Source of the DNA: Felis catus
Lineage: Eukaryota
Length of the DNA stretch: 64,000 nt
NCBI RefSeq assembly: GCF_018350175.1
Contig: NC_058368.1
Coordinates: 185,072,001-185,136,000, forward strand
Reading direction: 5' to 3'
The notes under the pieces were generated by a model. That model saw nothing but the letters and a program-made list of their open reading frames with translations. It did not search any database and was not told the origin of the DNA. Shown piece after piece: positions 24,436 to 37,510 of the stretch. Position numbers and translations under genes: made by a program. Each line of letters begins with the position of its first letter. Positions within the stretch are counted from its first letter, which is position 1.

Positions 24436-26559
24436 CTAAGTTTTAAAAATTGCAGCTCAGTCATGGGAAATCACGTCTGCTACCTGCACAGCTCTTATCT
24501 GGAGGACTTGATGACTGTCATTTTTTTCTGTAGGCCTTTCTGTATTTCCTACTTCTAAATCCCCAGAAATGTCATTAGCCATGTGTTTGAAATAGACAAT
24601 GTCATACCAAGTTAGAGCAGCAAGGGAGAAAAAGAAATTCTCAGCACATTTTGTACAAAGCATCCAAAAAATGGACTAGGAGGTTGCTGGGGGCTATGCA
24701 TCTATTAAAGATGTGATTGACAACGGAAACTGTATTATTAAAGCAGTTGGAATTTCTAACTTCATATCAAACTAGCTTTATTTCATTTTTAGGGAGGACA
24801 GTCAGCCCCTACAGTCCTCCTTATGGACTAACTTGTCTTGATTTTAGGAGACACAGAAATATCTCAGGTAGCAGAATTGAAGGCGGTAATGAGAGTGCTC
24901 TACCAGACAGGTTTTACATTTGCATGTGGTTATAGACCTACTAGTATGTATCTCCTCTTGGGATAGATTTTCTCTTTTATCTACTCCCTGTCTCCCACTG
25001 CATACACAAGTATTTTCCAAAGGGTATTTTGGGGAATATTACTTTCTTTAAGTATTAACTGGTGTTAAGGGAAGGAGAAAAAAAATTTTTGAGGTTAAAC
25101 AGTTTGGAAAACACTGTATTAAACAGGTGGAACCAGTTTCTTCATTGTCACACATGTTAACTGCAGAGGAAGATGAGGCATTCAGCCCAAACCTACATGG
25201 TCATCCTCACACAGAGAATGTTCCATTGCTTACACATAGACAAACACTCCTGGGATAAAATGGCCTGATTCTTTCTGTTAAAAGAACAAATTTAGGCTCA
25301 TGGTTGTTAAGTATTTTGTAGCATTGTTAGCACTTATTCACTTATTTTCAGCCCCCAGAGTGTCTTATAATTAATTTGCGGTTTTCTGCTCTTTTGTGAT
25401 GAATAGGTTTTGTGGAGTTTCTTGCTTGATTTCCTTTTCTAGGTACTTAGGATACTATGCCTTTATGTCTTTTATGTTTTATTTAATGGCTTATATTAAT
25501 GCCACAGTATTTTCCTTTACAGAATCAACCAAAATCAGACAAAGAAACAAAATCTAAATGCCAATAATTCTTTCTTAGATAGGATAGATCTATAGATCTG
25601 CCATAGATAATTAGCCAAATTTGGGATAAGTTCCATAGTTACAACTCAGACTTGGTGAGTGCTAAATGTCATACTGGTGTAAATTTGCTGATTGGACAGA
25701 TCTCACTGTCTATAAAATGAACATGAGGCTGATAGGCCTTATGAGCAAGTTTATTTTTCATGAATTCAACACATTGGTTAATTAACCCATATTTATTAAG
25801 CATCTTCTATTGGTCCTAGGGGCATTGTAAACTAGATGTGATTCTTTGTGTCTACCTGATAGGTAGAGAAAAGAAAAGAGACAACTAGAATATAGGCGGG
25901 TAGAGACAGTGATAAGTAAGGTTTTCAGGAAATACACAGAAAGGCCATCTATTTATATGAAAGATAGGTTATTCACAAAAAAAGAAGTGGGAGGGGGGCA
26001 ATATTCCAGGCATGGGAAAAATTTATGAATACAGTTTTTACTGAACATTTAATTTGTGTCCTAATGTTCTGGACACTGGAGATAATACAGTCCCAGTTTA
26101 CATGGGAACCTACATAAATAAGTGGGTATTTACAGTCAAGTTTGTGAAATGTTAAAAGAGGTTTAGGAGCATGTTTCCATGGGAGCACAAAAGAGGGAAG
26201 GATTTTGTGGCTAGAAAATTATGAGGTCGACTGACACATGGTGGCTGAGAATTATTTAGTTGCAGGTGCTGCCTTAAAATGTCCCTAAAATGGGTAGAGA
26301 TATATTTACAAAATAGGAACTCTCTGGGACGTAATTATTTTCCCAATATTGCTGTCCGTGTACAGCTCAATTTTGTGCAAGAAACCTGTTTTTCCTGTTC
26401 TGTCTAAAGATTCTGTACTCCCTTTTTCACTGGGTCATTGAAAAATTCAGAGACTTGGGAGTGGTTTCTTATTATGCTCCTTCTATGGTTCCAGTTCGAT
26501 CCCTTTGCTATTTATATGTTTAACAGTGACCCTCTTTCCCTTGAGTGTCTTACTTTGGC

Positions 26560-26930
26560 CTGCCATGCTGTCTCCTGGTCCTCAGATGTGCCAAATCTTT
26601 CCCCCTCTGGCCTTCGCACACATAGTTCTTTCCTTTTGAGATGCTTTCTGCTGTTTTGGCTTGAATAACTCATTCTACTTATAGTTTAGGTCTCAGCTTG
26701 AAGCAACTTTTCCTAGGATTTTCTCTGACCTCCTCTTTGCCTAGAATAGGTTACACTCCCCTCCACTTCTTTGTGCACTTATTACCATAGCATTCACAGC
26801 TATGAATTAAGGAGGGCACTGTGTCTAGATCTCTCTGTTGCTCCTTGCTGCATCTCCAGTGCCTCCCACAGAGGCTGACATCTTAGTAGACATCCAGCAA
26901 AATACTTTTTGAATGAATGAATGAATGAAG
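26560..26930 (+). mobile_element. L2 3' relic with (GAAT)n tail
   Basis: tttaggtctcagcttgaag...catctccagtgcctcccacagaggctgaca...gaatgaatgaatgaatg. Confidence 0.75.
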
Positions 26931-27951
26931 AATAATTCAGATTATTTTTTTACTTAGTTCCACAGAGGATCAAAACTGGCAAAATAGCAGGTTGGAATGA
27001 AATGTCAAGCCTGGAATTCAGATAATAATAATAACTGTAATTTTTGAGCAAATGTGATGTGACAATGAGTCAGGTTTTTAAAACTATTGTAAATCCAGAT
27101 GGTGACTCTACAAGTATACAACTGGAGTAGACCCAGATCTATCTGACTCTAAAATTTCCTTCTACTGTATCATGCTGCATTTCATTGATGGGTGTTGTGA
27201 GCCAAGAATACTGGAAGTGGGTTGTAGAGAGGTAACTAATGGCTGAGGGGATGAGGCTGGCACAGTAAATCTGAATAACTAAGGATAATGTCCAGAGACC
27301 AGAAAAGTCTGCAGAGGCAAAGAGAAATACACTGTGTCCCAAATCTACAGAGATGAAATGTGGAGTCCAAGGTGGTTGGGTGAATGAAAACCAATGGATT
27401 AAGGAATCAAATAGATGTGTTTTCTTCAAAGAGATCCAGAGGGGGTGGGACTCTCTGGATCATGATCTCGTCAAGGAGCCTGAAGCAGAGACATCCATAA
27501 GAATGTGTGCCTCAGGCCTACCTGACATATATTGTGCCTTGCAAACCACCCTTCCCATCTCCAACTCAGAGACCTATTCTCAGGAGAGAAGCTATGATCC
27601 TTCACATGAGCACGCATTTATTGTCACTTGTGTGGTTAGATTCTGTTTTTCATCAGGCCTCTCCTCTCTCTTTTTCCACAGAGCTCCAGGATTTTGAATT
27701 TGAAATTCCTGGACTCAGTTACTTTATTTTTTACTTTCCATTCGATATGTGTATGTAGTGCCAATCTTTCTTTTCAATCTTAAATTGGCTAAATTTCTTT
27801 TCCTGCCAGAGAAATGGCAAGCCCAGTTTTAAACGTCTCACATTGTTTTAATAAGACATATGAGTAATGTGCTTAGTCTTGCTTCTATTTTACAGAGGGT
27901 CTTCTTAGAATACTTACATATATATATGTAAGTATATATTAGAGTTCTTAG

Positions 27952-27987
<36 letters not shown>

Positions 27988-28948
27988 GGCCAGCATCCTA
28001 TATAAAAACAATTTATATATGTTATATACATTTATAAGTTATACATTATTAAATAAACAATTTTTATTGTATACACTTATAGTACATAAACAATTGATAT
28101 ATTAAACATAAGTAAATATATATTATGTACATATAAATTATTTTTTACATTGGATGTTAGTTGCCTTAAATTGATCTCCATGGAGTCCTTCCAGATGCAA
28201 AAGTTTGATTTACTTCAATTTGCCTTTCTACATTTTTATGTTTTTTAAAAAATAGCTTTCGAATTTTATTGACATTTATCTGAAAATAAAAATCAGTGCA
28301 ACCTGATTTGTTTGTTTGTTTTTCTCTTTTAGGTCTATTGGTTGCCCTTGGGATATAGCCTTTAGGTTTGTTTTCTGCCATGAAGTATTCAGAACATTAC
28401 TGCTTGTTTTCCCAGACTTTCCTGCTCTGTTTTTAACTAGGCTCACACTGATCTGGGTGTAGTGAAGGCTTCCTAAATCATCCGTTACACTTCCCTCCCT
28501 TTTCTAGGACTATCAAACTGATAGTCTAAAATAAAGTCTTATTTGATTTGCTCCCAAAGCAGAAGCATTCTAGGATGATGCTTTACAGTGAGAGCGAACC
28601 ACAAAGTAAGACAAAACAACAATAACAATGAACACCATCCCAAATGAGAAATCATAAAAGAAAACAATTTAGAAAAATTTGTGTTTGCAATGTTCTTTCT
28701 GTGAAAGGACAGTTTTATGTCTTGGTTAATTTTTTTCTCAATTAAAAATGGAAATTGGATGATGTTTTAAATTCTTTCAGCACCTTTCTGAGGGATGAAA
28801 AAGAAGCAAAATATTATTTTTTTCATAAATTTGAGAAATATTTTATATTTTGGAAGCCCTATGTGTAAATCTTTGAGGTCAGGTCTTCATCAGCTTTTTT
28901 TTCTCTATAGAGGGTGTTTATAGTTGGGCATTATGGCCTTAATATTGT

Positions 28949-28955
28949 CATCATC

Positions 28956-28989
<34 letters not shown>
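28949..28989. repeat. (CAT)n trinucleotide microsatellite
   Basis: Direct reading. Confidence 0.93.
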
Positions 28990-29269
28990 ATTTTGTACTT
29001 TTAACCAAAGACAGCCTTAGTTTGTCAAAGATTATCATCCCTAAATTTTATATTTAATTTCTTTTTGCAAGAAAAGTAAAATCCCAGTCTTTAACTTAGT
29101 TTAAATTTGCAGGAAGCTTCAAAAATAAATTTATAACTCCACAGAGATTGACTCTCAAAAATTGACCATATAATACAGCAAAAAGTACAAAAGACTAATA
29201 ATTCAGAGACACAGAATATGATCCAATCTCTCACCCTAACTATCTTTTGGTTACTTTGGGTAAATAAAT

Positions 29270-29345
29270 CCTTCCTTCCCTCCTTCCCTCCCTTCTCTCT
29301 TTCCCTTCCTTCCTTCCTTCCTTCCTTCTTTCCATACTTCCTTCC
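29270..29345. repeat. (CCTT)n degenerate microsatellite
   Basis: Direct reading. Confidence 0.85.
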
Positions 29346-30669
29346 ATCTTTTTAAGCTTTCTTGAGTGAGAGTGATAGCTTGACAGACAAAATGGTATTC
29401 CCTTCAAGAACAAGACCACTGAGAAAGCCCTCCACCTCTCTGCGTTTATCACCCACAACACAAATATTATTGAGCCTCTGTAATATGCCCAGCACTGTGT
29501 TAGTAAAAAGGATATGTTAAAAGAGCAGTGAGAAGGGAAGTGACTCCACAAGGGTCTTAACATCTACTTGGAGAGAAAGTATATCAACATGAATAAAACT
29601 AAATGAATACATCAGCTCATGGTTAACATGCTCCATCACAAAATAAAGCAGTTTCAAAACAACTGCAAAAGATGATCTTAGATGTTTATTGGGTAGGTCT
29701 GGTGTTCTATGCAAAAGGAATTGCTGTAGGAATTGCTGTGGCTGGAGTCATCAGGGAAGCCTTATGATTTTCCCCTATCTTTCCTATCATCTTTCCTTCA
29801 TACATTTATCTCTCAAAGCACCAGAGACATCATATATTTATTCAGTGTTTATTGAGCACTTAATGGGTACCAGGAGCTGTAGTAGATGACAGGAATAAAA
29901 GGATGGGTGTCTATGACAAATAAATTGTTTTACCAAAACTTTAGCACTTTCTTCTCATTTATTTCTGGAAAACTTTACATCCCTACTTTTCTGAATGTCA
30001 TTAATGTATTTTACATTAGCTTTAGCCTATGCCCTAGGAAAAAGACCTACGAGAGGGCAATAACCAAGGAACAGGAGTCTTCTAAGAAATAACTTTCCTA
30101 TCATTGCTGGGCAGTGAAAGTAGCAGAGCTTTATTTAGGAGCATCTTAGGGGAAGTAAGCAGGTTGCAGGAGAGTAGGGAGTTAACAATGACCTTAAAAC
30201 TAGGTTTGTGTGGCCAGCATACTAATTTTATCTAGATTCTGTATTTGACTTGGTTTCAGGAAAGAGGGAGAGAAGATGGAGAATAATGGGAAAAACTTAA
30301 CATATCCCCAGGTCACTCCTTGGTGCTGGCATTGTTGGTAAGACTGTGGTGTTCTACCGTTTCTATAGCTGAGTGTCTTATAAGCTGAGAGAGCCACTTT
30401 GCAAACTTAAGGAAAAGCAGTTTCTATAGCAACACTCAAACCAATTGAAGTATGACTAGATAATCTTTTCTTATAACCAAGGAAGCAGAGATGGAAATTT
30501 ATTAAAGGTATATTTCACATACTCTGAATAATACATATTCAGCGTACGTATATTCCTTTCATGTCCTGTCATGCATCCAGTTTAAATTGTAGAATATTAA
30601 GTACTAATGTATCTCAATGGCTTAATTAGTTTTCGAAGACATATTTAGACTGCTGGGATCATTAACATC

Positions 30670-30900
30670 ATGATTAAAGACATGTATGTGGAGCCTTTCT
30701 GCCTAGATTTATATCCTGGCTTGCACACTTATTATTCTCTCAATCCTAGTTTATTGACCTGTTCCACAGTTTCTTATCTTTAAAATGGAAGTTAACATAA
30801 TATCTATCCATAGGGATTTTGTAAACCTTACATAAATGAATATGTGTAAGTGGCTTAGAACAGTGCCTGGTAATAACAGTTCAGTAAATATCAACTATTA
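30670..30900 (+). mobile_element. MIR relic
   Basis: cagtttcttatctttaaaatggaag...atgtgtaagtggcttagaacagtgcctggt. Confidence 0.75.
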
Positions 30901-31179
30901 AAATTAGCTAGTTTTCCAGAGACCAAGCTGCTTTCTCTTTTCACAGATATAATTGGAATTCATAATACATATAAATAAGTACAGGTAAATTCAATTAATG
31001 TTTCTGACCACCTACTTTACACAAAGCATCATACTTGACACTGTAAAGAAAAACAAATACTATATCATTTCTGCCCTTAAGTTGTTTATTATCCAGTGGG
31101 CAAAGGGGAAGGAGACATACATTCAACCATTTATAACCTAGATTCCAATGACAGATGGGCTTAATAGAGGATCATATTC

Positions 31180-31431
31180 TCACTCTCTTTCCTCGTCTCC
31201 ATATAATCTAGCCTACTTTTGGTTTCTGGAATATACCAAGCTTATTCCTGCCCCCTAGTTCTTTTGCTGGATGGTTCTTAGTTCTTAGAAGGGCTCGTTC
31301 CTTCTGGTTATTCAGGTCTCAGCTCATGTTGCCTCCTCAGAGAGGCCTTCCTTTGAAACCCTTTGAAAAGTTGGTTCCTCCTGGTCATTTTCTTTTCTTC
31401 TTTTCTTTTTCTTTTTTAGTTTATTTATTTT

Positions 31432-31485
<54 letters not shown>

Positions 31486-31845
31486 CCCAATCAGGTTCTG
31501 CACTATCAGCACAGAGCCTGATGCGGGGCTCGAACTCACAAACCGTGAGATCATGACCTGAGCAGAAATCAAGAGTTGGGTGCTCAACCAACTGAGCCAC
31601 CCAGGCACCCCTCCTGGTCATTTTCTATCAGAGCATTCTGCTTTTTCCCATTCCTCTCATTTTAACAGTTATGGTTATTGATTTTAATGAACTTGTTTGA
31701 TTTACTGTCTCATTGACCAGACCAAAGTTTCATGAAGGAAAGGACTATTTCTGTTTTACTCAGAGGTTTGTCCCCAGTGCCTTTCACAGCGTCTGGTGTC
31801 CAGAAGGCACTTGAATGAATGAATGAATGAATGAGTGAATGAATA
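31180..31845 (+). mobile_element. L2 3' relic interrupted by a SINE
   Basis: ttcaggtctcagctcatgttgcctcctcagagaggccttcc...tccccagtgcctttcacagcgtctgg...(gaat)n. Confidence 0.8.
31394..31610 (-). mobile_element. Can-SINE
   Basis: Exact 16-bp TSD ctcctggtcattttct at 31378-31393 and 31611-31626. Confidence 0.95.
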
Positions 31846-33122
31846 TAGTGAATGGGAACGTAGAAGAGGTGTTAGTAGTTTTGACTAGAACTCCACCAAG
31901 TTTTTAAGAGAAAGATGGAAAATGTAGGATAGACACTGCAGGGTTCAAGAGCATCATGAGCAAAGACATAGAGGATTTTTATGTCCCGATGTGCTTTTTA
32001 TGGAGAATCCATCTTCTGACCTTTAATACATAATTGCAAAGGTCAGGTTTCAAGTTTTCTCTGTATCCTCAGAAGCTGCACCTTCTTACCCATCTCCTGA
32101 TATCGTGTTACTTTTCCCTTCACAGCCTTGTCTTTCCAATCTTGTTACCCATCCACTTAAAGAAACACACAGAAGCAGGAGATTTTGCTAAAACATTCAC
32201 ACCCACGCTCAAATTATGCATTCACCAGGGACTGCGTAGATAGTGCAATCATGTTTATGCAGCTGAGAGCAAGAAAAGATCAGGTGACTGGTGGAGATCA
32301 CTTAGCTAAGAGCTATGGGCTTCCATTAACTGTGATAACCACAGACTAATTTCACTGCTGAACGAGGGCTGTAAAATAATTAGGAAAAATGTGTGCCAGA
32401 ATGCCAGTGCATATTTCTCCTAAATTAATACAGCCTTGTCAAATAGGTTATATTAAAAACAGACACTGTATGATACAAGATCATTGATTGGCTTAATTAA
32501 TAAGAATCAACAGGCAGAGTCAGGGCTTGCATTAACCTTGGCAGCAGTTGGGGATTTGGGGAAGGTAACTGAGTAAGAATTATTTGAGGGGAAATAAATC
32601 TATGCTTACCAAATAGCTTCTGAAATGGGGTCTGGCTGTGCACCGACGCAGCTGCTGTGATCTCTACATGGGCCTTTCTCCCAAAGGATTTGCCACTAGG
32701 GTGGCATTCCAGAACAAGGTAGGGAGCCTGCCCATGGAGAGACAGATGTATGATTCAAAGCCACAAGGATTGACTGGTGAAGATGAATCAATAAAATACT
32801 AAACTTCAAGATTTTCTCATTTCACTAGCAGTAAGGACTCCAGAAATCAAAGCACAGGAATACAGCGATAATGTGCAAAACGGTGAAGACTTAGAAGTGA
32901 CATTGTCCAAACTGTTAAGCAATACAGGAATCTGTTTGTAGAATTCCTGATAGGGTGACTTATCTAGCCCTAGTTTAAACTTCTCTAGTGCACGTTAGCC
33001 GGAAAGTTCCGTATTCCATCTGTGGTGGTTTTAGAGACTCTTACTTCCTAGATCAGGGAGAAACTTGCTCTGGTTTGAGTGATATTCTAGGAAATTTTGA
33101 GTTATTTCAATTGCATTCATTT

Positions 33123-33281
33123 TGGGATTGCCAGATTTAGCAAATAAAAATAGGAGATGTTCAATTAAATTTGAATTTTAGAGAAACATGCAGTATTTGG
33201 GACAAACTTATTCCTAAGAAATGTTTTTTTTTTCTAAAATCCAAATTTAACTGGGTGTTCTGCATTTTACCTGGCAACCAT
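33123..33281. mobile_element. MER53-like palindromic hAT MITE (internally deleted)
   Basis: Termini ggattgccagatttagcaaataaaaata / ttttacctggcaacc; inner arms ttaaatttg / caaatttaa. Confidence 0.85.
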
Positions 33282-33704
33282 CCATTGTTTTAATTCACTT
33301 TATTTTTAAGTGGAATATCTTCTGCATTTGCAGTGAGGAAGGAGACCAAAATATGTTAAGAAAAAAAATCAGCATGCCTGTTCTTAGTATCTTTTGGGTT
33401 AACTGTACCTGTTACCTAGCATCTTTTGTGACAACTGGTGGGAATATAAAAATGAAGAAGATTCATTTCCTGTCCTTAAAGTGTTCAGTGTATACTGTGA
33501 GAGACAGAATCAAAAGAATATAATCCTGTAAATTGTTTCATATGTGCTATGCTGGGAGTACATTTAAGATAAAATGAGGTCACAAAGGAAGGAGTGACCA
33601 AAATAGTTGAGTATTACTGTCCTAGCTAAGGATAAGAACATCCCAGATTAAGATAGGCCCTGTGCTTGTCTCTTACCACCAGTTTGTCTTCACAAAGGTT
33701 AATT

Positions 33705-33760
33705 CTTTTTTTTTTTAATGTTTATTTACTTTTGAGAGAGAGAGAGCGTGCAAGTGGAGA
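33705..33760 (-). mobile_element. 5'-truncated Can-SINE tail fragment
   Basis: poly(T)-aatgtttatttacttttgagagagagagagcgtgcaagtgg, then the match ends. Confidence 0.8.
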
Positions 33761-33785
33761 TTAGTTTTTAAAATAATATAGGAGT

Positions 33786-33970
33786 GGGGCACCAACTGAA
33801 CCAGGTGAGCTTCTGACTTTGGATCAGGTCATGATCTCAGGGTTTGTGGGTTCTAGCCCCACATTGGGCTCCCTGCTGTCAGCACAGAGCCCGCTTAGGA
33901 TCCTCTGTCCCCCTCTCTCTGCCCCTCTCCGGCTTGCGCTCTCTCAAAAATAAATAAATCATTAAAAAAG
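33786..33970 (+). mobile_element. Can-SINE
   Basis: ggggcac head, caggtcatgatctc, CT body, A-tail; degenerate TSD ending tatagga. Confidence 0.9.
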
Positions 33971-34061
33971 ATAAAGACTATAGGAAAATTGGTTAACTTG
34001 TTGGGAATCAACTTTTAGGTAATAATAACAATCTATTTTCAATGATCTATAGAACATTTTA

Positions 34062-34290
34062 TTTTTATTATTATTCAAGAAATTTTTTTATTGTTTATTT
34101 ATTTTTGAAAAAGAGAGACAGAGCGTGAGTGGGGTAGGGGCCAAGAGAAAGGGAAACACAGAATCCGAAACAGGATCCAGGCTCTGAGCTGTCAGCACAG
34201 AGCCTGAAGTGGGGCTCGAACCCAAGGACTGCGAGATTATGACCTGAGCCGAAGTAGGACGCTTAACCTACTGAGACACCTAGGTGCCCC
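34062..34290 (-). mobile_element. Can-SINE
   Basis: Exact 16-bp TSD tctatagaacatttta at 34046-34061 and 34292-34307. Confidence 0.94.
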
Positions 34291-35214
34291 TTCTATAGAA
34301 CATTTTAGAAAGCAATCTGAAAACTTATAAAATTTGGTTGTTTGGCAGAAATGACTAAATAACTGCAGCCAATTAGATAATTGTAGCACTGATCCAAGAT
34401 TGAGGCCACTTAATATAGTATATGGATCACCACTGAGAAAATGGGTGGCTCTGACATGAACTGGTTTTGAAGCTGCTAAAAGATATTTCATGTTATTTAA
34501 GAAGAAGAATATGCAAGAAAGTGAATCAACATGTTTTTTGTATTCTTGATGTTCAATTATTTGACTCTAGGCTCTCAAAGAATTTTTTGGAGCCTTTACT
34601 GTATACCATCAGTGACCTCTTGAGACCAACTTTAATTGTCCCATAGAAGCCAAAGTGTGCATATTTTAAAATGTTGTCATTCAAGATTGACTAACTGTTG
34701 TTGATTATATTTAGAATTGACAAGGCTAGAGACCGCAGTACCTCCACATATGGGCAGTACCTAGTTTATATTAACTACTCAGTAAATGTTTGTTGACTGA
34801 ATATTGGTTGAATGAATATCTCTAACATAGCAATTTTATTTTTAGGAATATAAGTGAAGAAAACAATGATGTGACAAATATTTGGCAATAAGGATAAGTG
34901 TGGAATCTTTATAATAGTTAAAAAAGAGGGAGAAAACTAAGTAAAAATGGTAAATTATGGCTACATTATCCAATGAGCTATTAATTAGCCATTCAAAATT
35001 ATTATGCAAATGTACATTTACTGAAATATACTAACACTCATAAAGCATTAAAGGAAAAAAATTTTACTAGGAGCAGTTACTCTAGTACCCAGTGTATGTG
35101 TGTGTCTGTGTGTCTGTGTGTGCGTTTATGTGTATGGAAAAAAGCCTAGAAGAATCTACATCAAATATTAAAATGGATCATCTCTGGATGAGGATTCTTG
35201 GTGATATTTTCTAC

Positions 35215-35962
35215 ACCAATTTCTTCTTTCCTTTCTTTCTAGAACTCCAATACTCCAATAACATGCTAGATCTTTTGATATTGTCCTACAGGTTGGAGGC
35301 TCTGTTTATTTGTTTTCAGTCTTTTTATTTTTGTTCAGATTGTATACTTTTTATTGCTCTATCTTTAGTTTCTCTGGCTCTTTTCCTCTTTCATCTCCAT
35401 TCTGTTATTGAACCCATCCAATGACTTCTAATTTAAGTTATTGTATTTCTCAGTTCTAAAATTTCTTTTTTTTTATAGCTTTAATTTGCTTCTGAGAATT
35501 TTTATCTTTCCATTAATTTCAATAATGTTCACCTTTACCTCGTGGAGGATTGTCATAATAGCTGCTTCAAAATCTCTTGTAATTCTAACACCTGGGTATC
35601 TCAGGCTTGTTATCTGTTGCTTATTCTCTTGGGTATTGGTTGGATATTTTTGATTCTTTGTGTGTTGAATAATTTTGGATTGTATCCTGGATGTTTTGAA
35701 TATTATGTTGGTAGACTCTGGGTCCTGTGAAATCCTCTGCAGAATGTTATTTGTTTGTTTAAGCGGGCAATCAACCTTGTTACGTTCAGACCACAAGTGC
35801 TGATTCTCTTTCTGAGGGTGAATGTCAGTTCAGTTTTCAAACCTTTTCTATGCTTTTTGGTTCAGTCTGGCACATGTGCCTCTTGGGGGCTAGTTTTGAA
35901 CCTGGGCAGTGGTTTATATGGTAGTTCACTTCTTGAAGCCTTTGTTATTTTCTTTGAGTCTG

Positions 35963-36006
<44 letters not shown>

Positions 36007-36460
36007 CTTAGAGGCAGGTCAGGACTTATGTCACTTCATACACAGAGTTAGAGGAATCCCTTTCTCCAGCTCTATCCTCTCTGAGATTTCTTCCATGTTC
36101 TCTGAATTACAGGGTCTTTTTTCCCAGTAACTCTGGTCCCAAAGATTTATTTCCCTCAGATTTTAGGTTTTTCTGCTGTTACAAAGTTCTTCATTACTGG
36201 AGCCTCCCACTTTGCAGACCATGATTTAAATTCTGATTTTAGTCCTCAATCCACCTGCTGTCTATGTCTATATCTGAGTCTATCTATAGATACATAGATA
36301 CAGATATAGTTTTTTTTAAATAAATGTTTTTTTTTTTTTAATTTTTTACTTTTCAGATTCCTCAAGTCATGCATTTTTCATTCTTTTCAGAATTTTTGTT
36401 GTAATCCCTGGGAGAGAGAATCTGTATCTGCTTCTCTCCACCTTAGCTCACACCAGATGT
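35215..36460 (-). mobile_element. Old L1M 5'/ORF1-region relic containing (GT)n at ~35966-36004
   Basis: T-rich antisense L1-like sequence; minus-strand peptide RDFEAAIMTILHEVKVNIIEINGKIKILR resembles a degraded ORF1 coiled-coil region. Confidence 0.6.
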
Positions 36461-36639
36461 TTTGTTTTTCCTTAACTGTTTATTTATTTTCTAAGTTTTC
36501 TACCAGAATATATATTATTTGTAAGGGTGAATTTGTTTTCTTAAAAAAAAATTAAAGGAATAATTATTGTAGGGAATACCATGATGTTTTGGTAAATATT
36601 GTAATGATATAATTGTTTTTAGTGATCAGATCATTTAAT

Positions 36640-37510
36640 TAAATGTGACAATGATTGATAAAAACCAGTTTGGGTGCATGTGTGGGACAATAGGCAATCT
36701 CCTAACATGACAATTGTATGCCTATTAGTACATTCTTTTTCATAGTCAATGTGGCTATCTTGATAAATTTAAAACATGCATTTTCGGGGCGCCTGGGTGG
36801 CGCAGTCGGTTAAGCGCCCGACTTCAGCCAGGTCACGATCTCGCGGTCCGTGAGTTTGAGCCCCGCGTCAGGCTCTGGGCTGATGGCTCGGAGCCTGGAG
36901 CCTGTTTCCGATTCTGTGTCTCCCTCTCTCTCTGCCCCTCCCCCGTTCATGCTCTGTCTCTCTCTGTCCCAAAAATAAATAAATGTTGAAAAAAAAAATT
37001 AAAAAAAAAACATGCATTTTCTTTGATCTAGACATTCAAATTTCAGGAGTTTATTCTGTAGAAACACACAAATACATCATGCATGGACATGTGTGTTCTT
37101 TGTAGCATCATTGTTTAACTCAAAACTGGAGAGAACTTAAACTCTCATCAGTATGATGGTAGTTTAATATATTATAGTAACTCCATACAATAAACTCCTA
37201 TGTAGCTCCTAAAAAGAACATGACATTTGTGTATATTTATACAAAAAGGTATCTATAGTTAATGTTTGAGTGAACAAGCAGATTATAGAAGATTACCCAT
37301 ATAGAAATCTCCATTTGCGTTTATATATGTGTTAAGAAAGAAAACACAGAATCATTATGTAAGAATACACATGAAACTTGCAAGAGTAATTTTCTCTGAA
37401 GATTGGGCTATTAAGGAACAAGTATGCTATTCATTGTCTCTATTGCTTGAGGTTTTTGGAAATTAATAAATATTAATATATATTTTTTTAAATAAAAAAA
37501 TTAAAAATGA
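36640..37510 (+). mobile_element. Old L1ME-type 3' relic (host of the young SINE)
   Basis: tttgatctagacattcaaatttcaggagtttattctgtagaaa...tgtagcatcattgttt...aaaactggagagaacttaaa. Confidence 0.6.
36786..37006 (+). mobile_element. Young felid SINE (SINEC_Fc-like)
   Basis: Exact 15-bp TSD aaaacatgcattttc at 36771-36785 and 37007-37021; CpG-rich. Confidence 0.97.
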
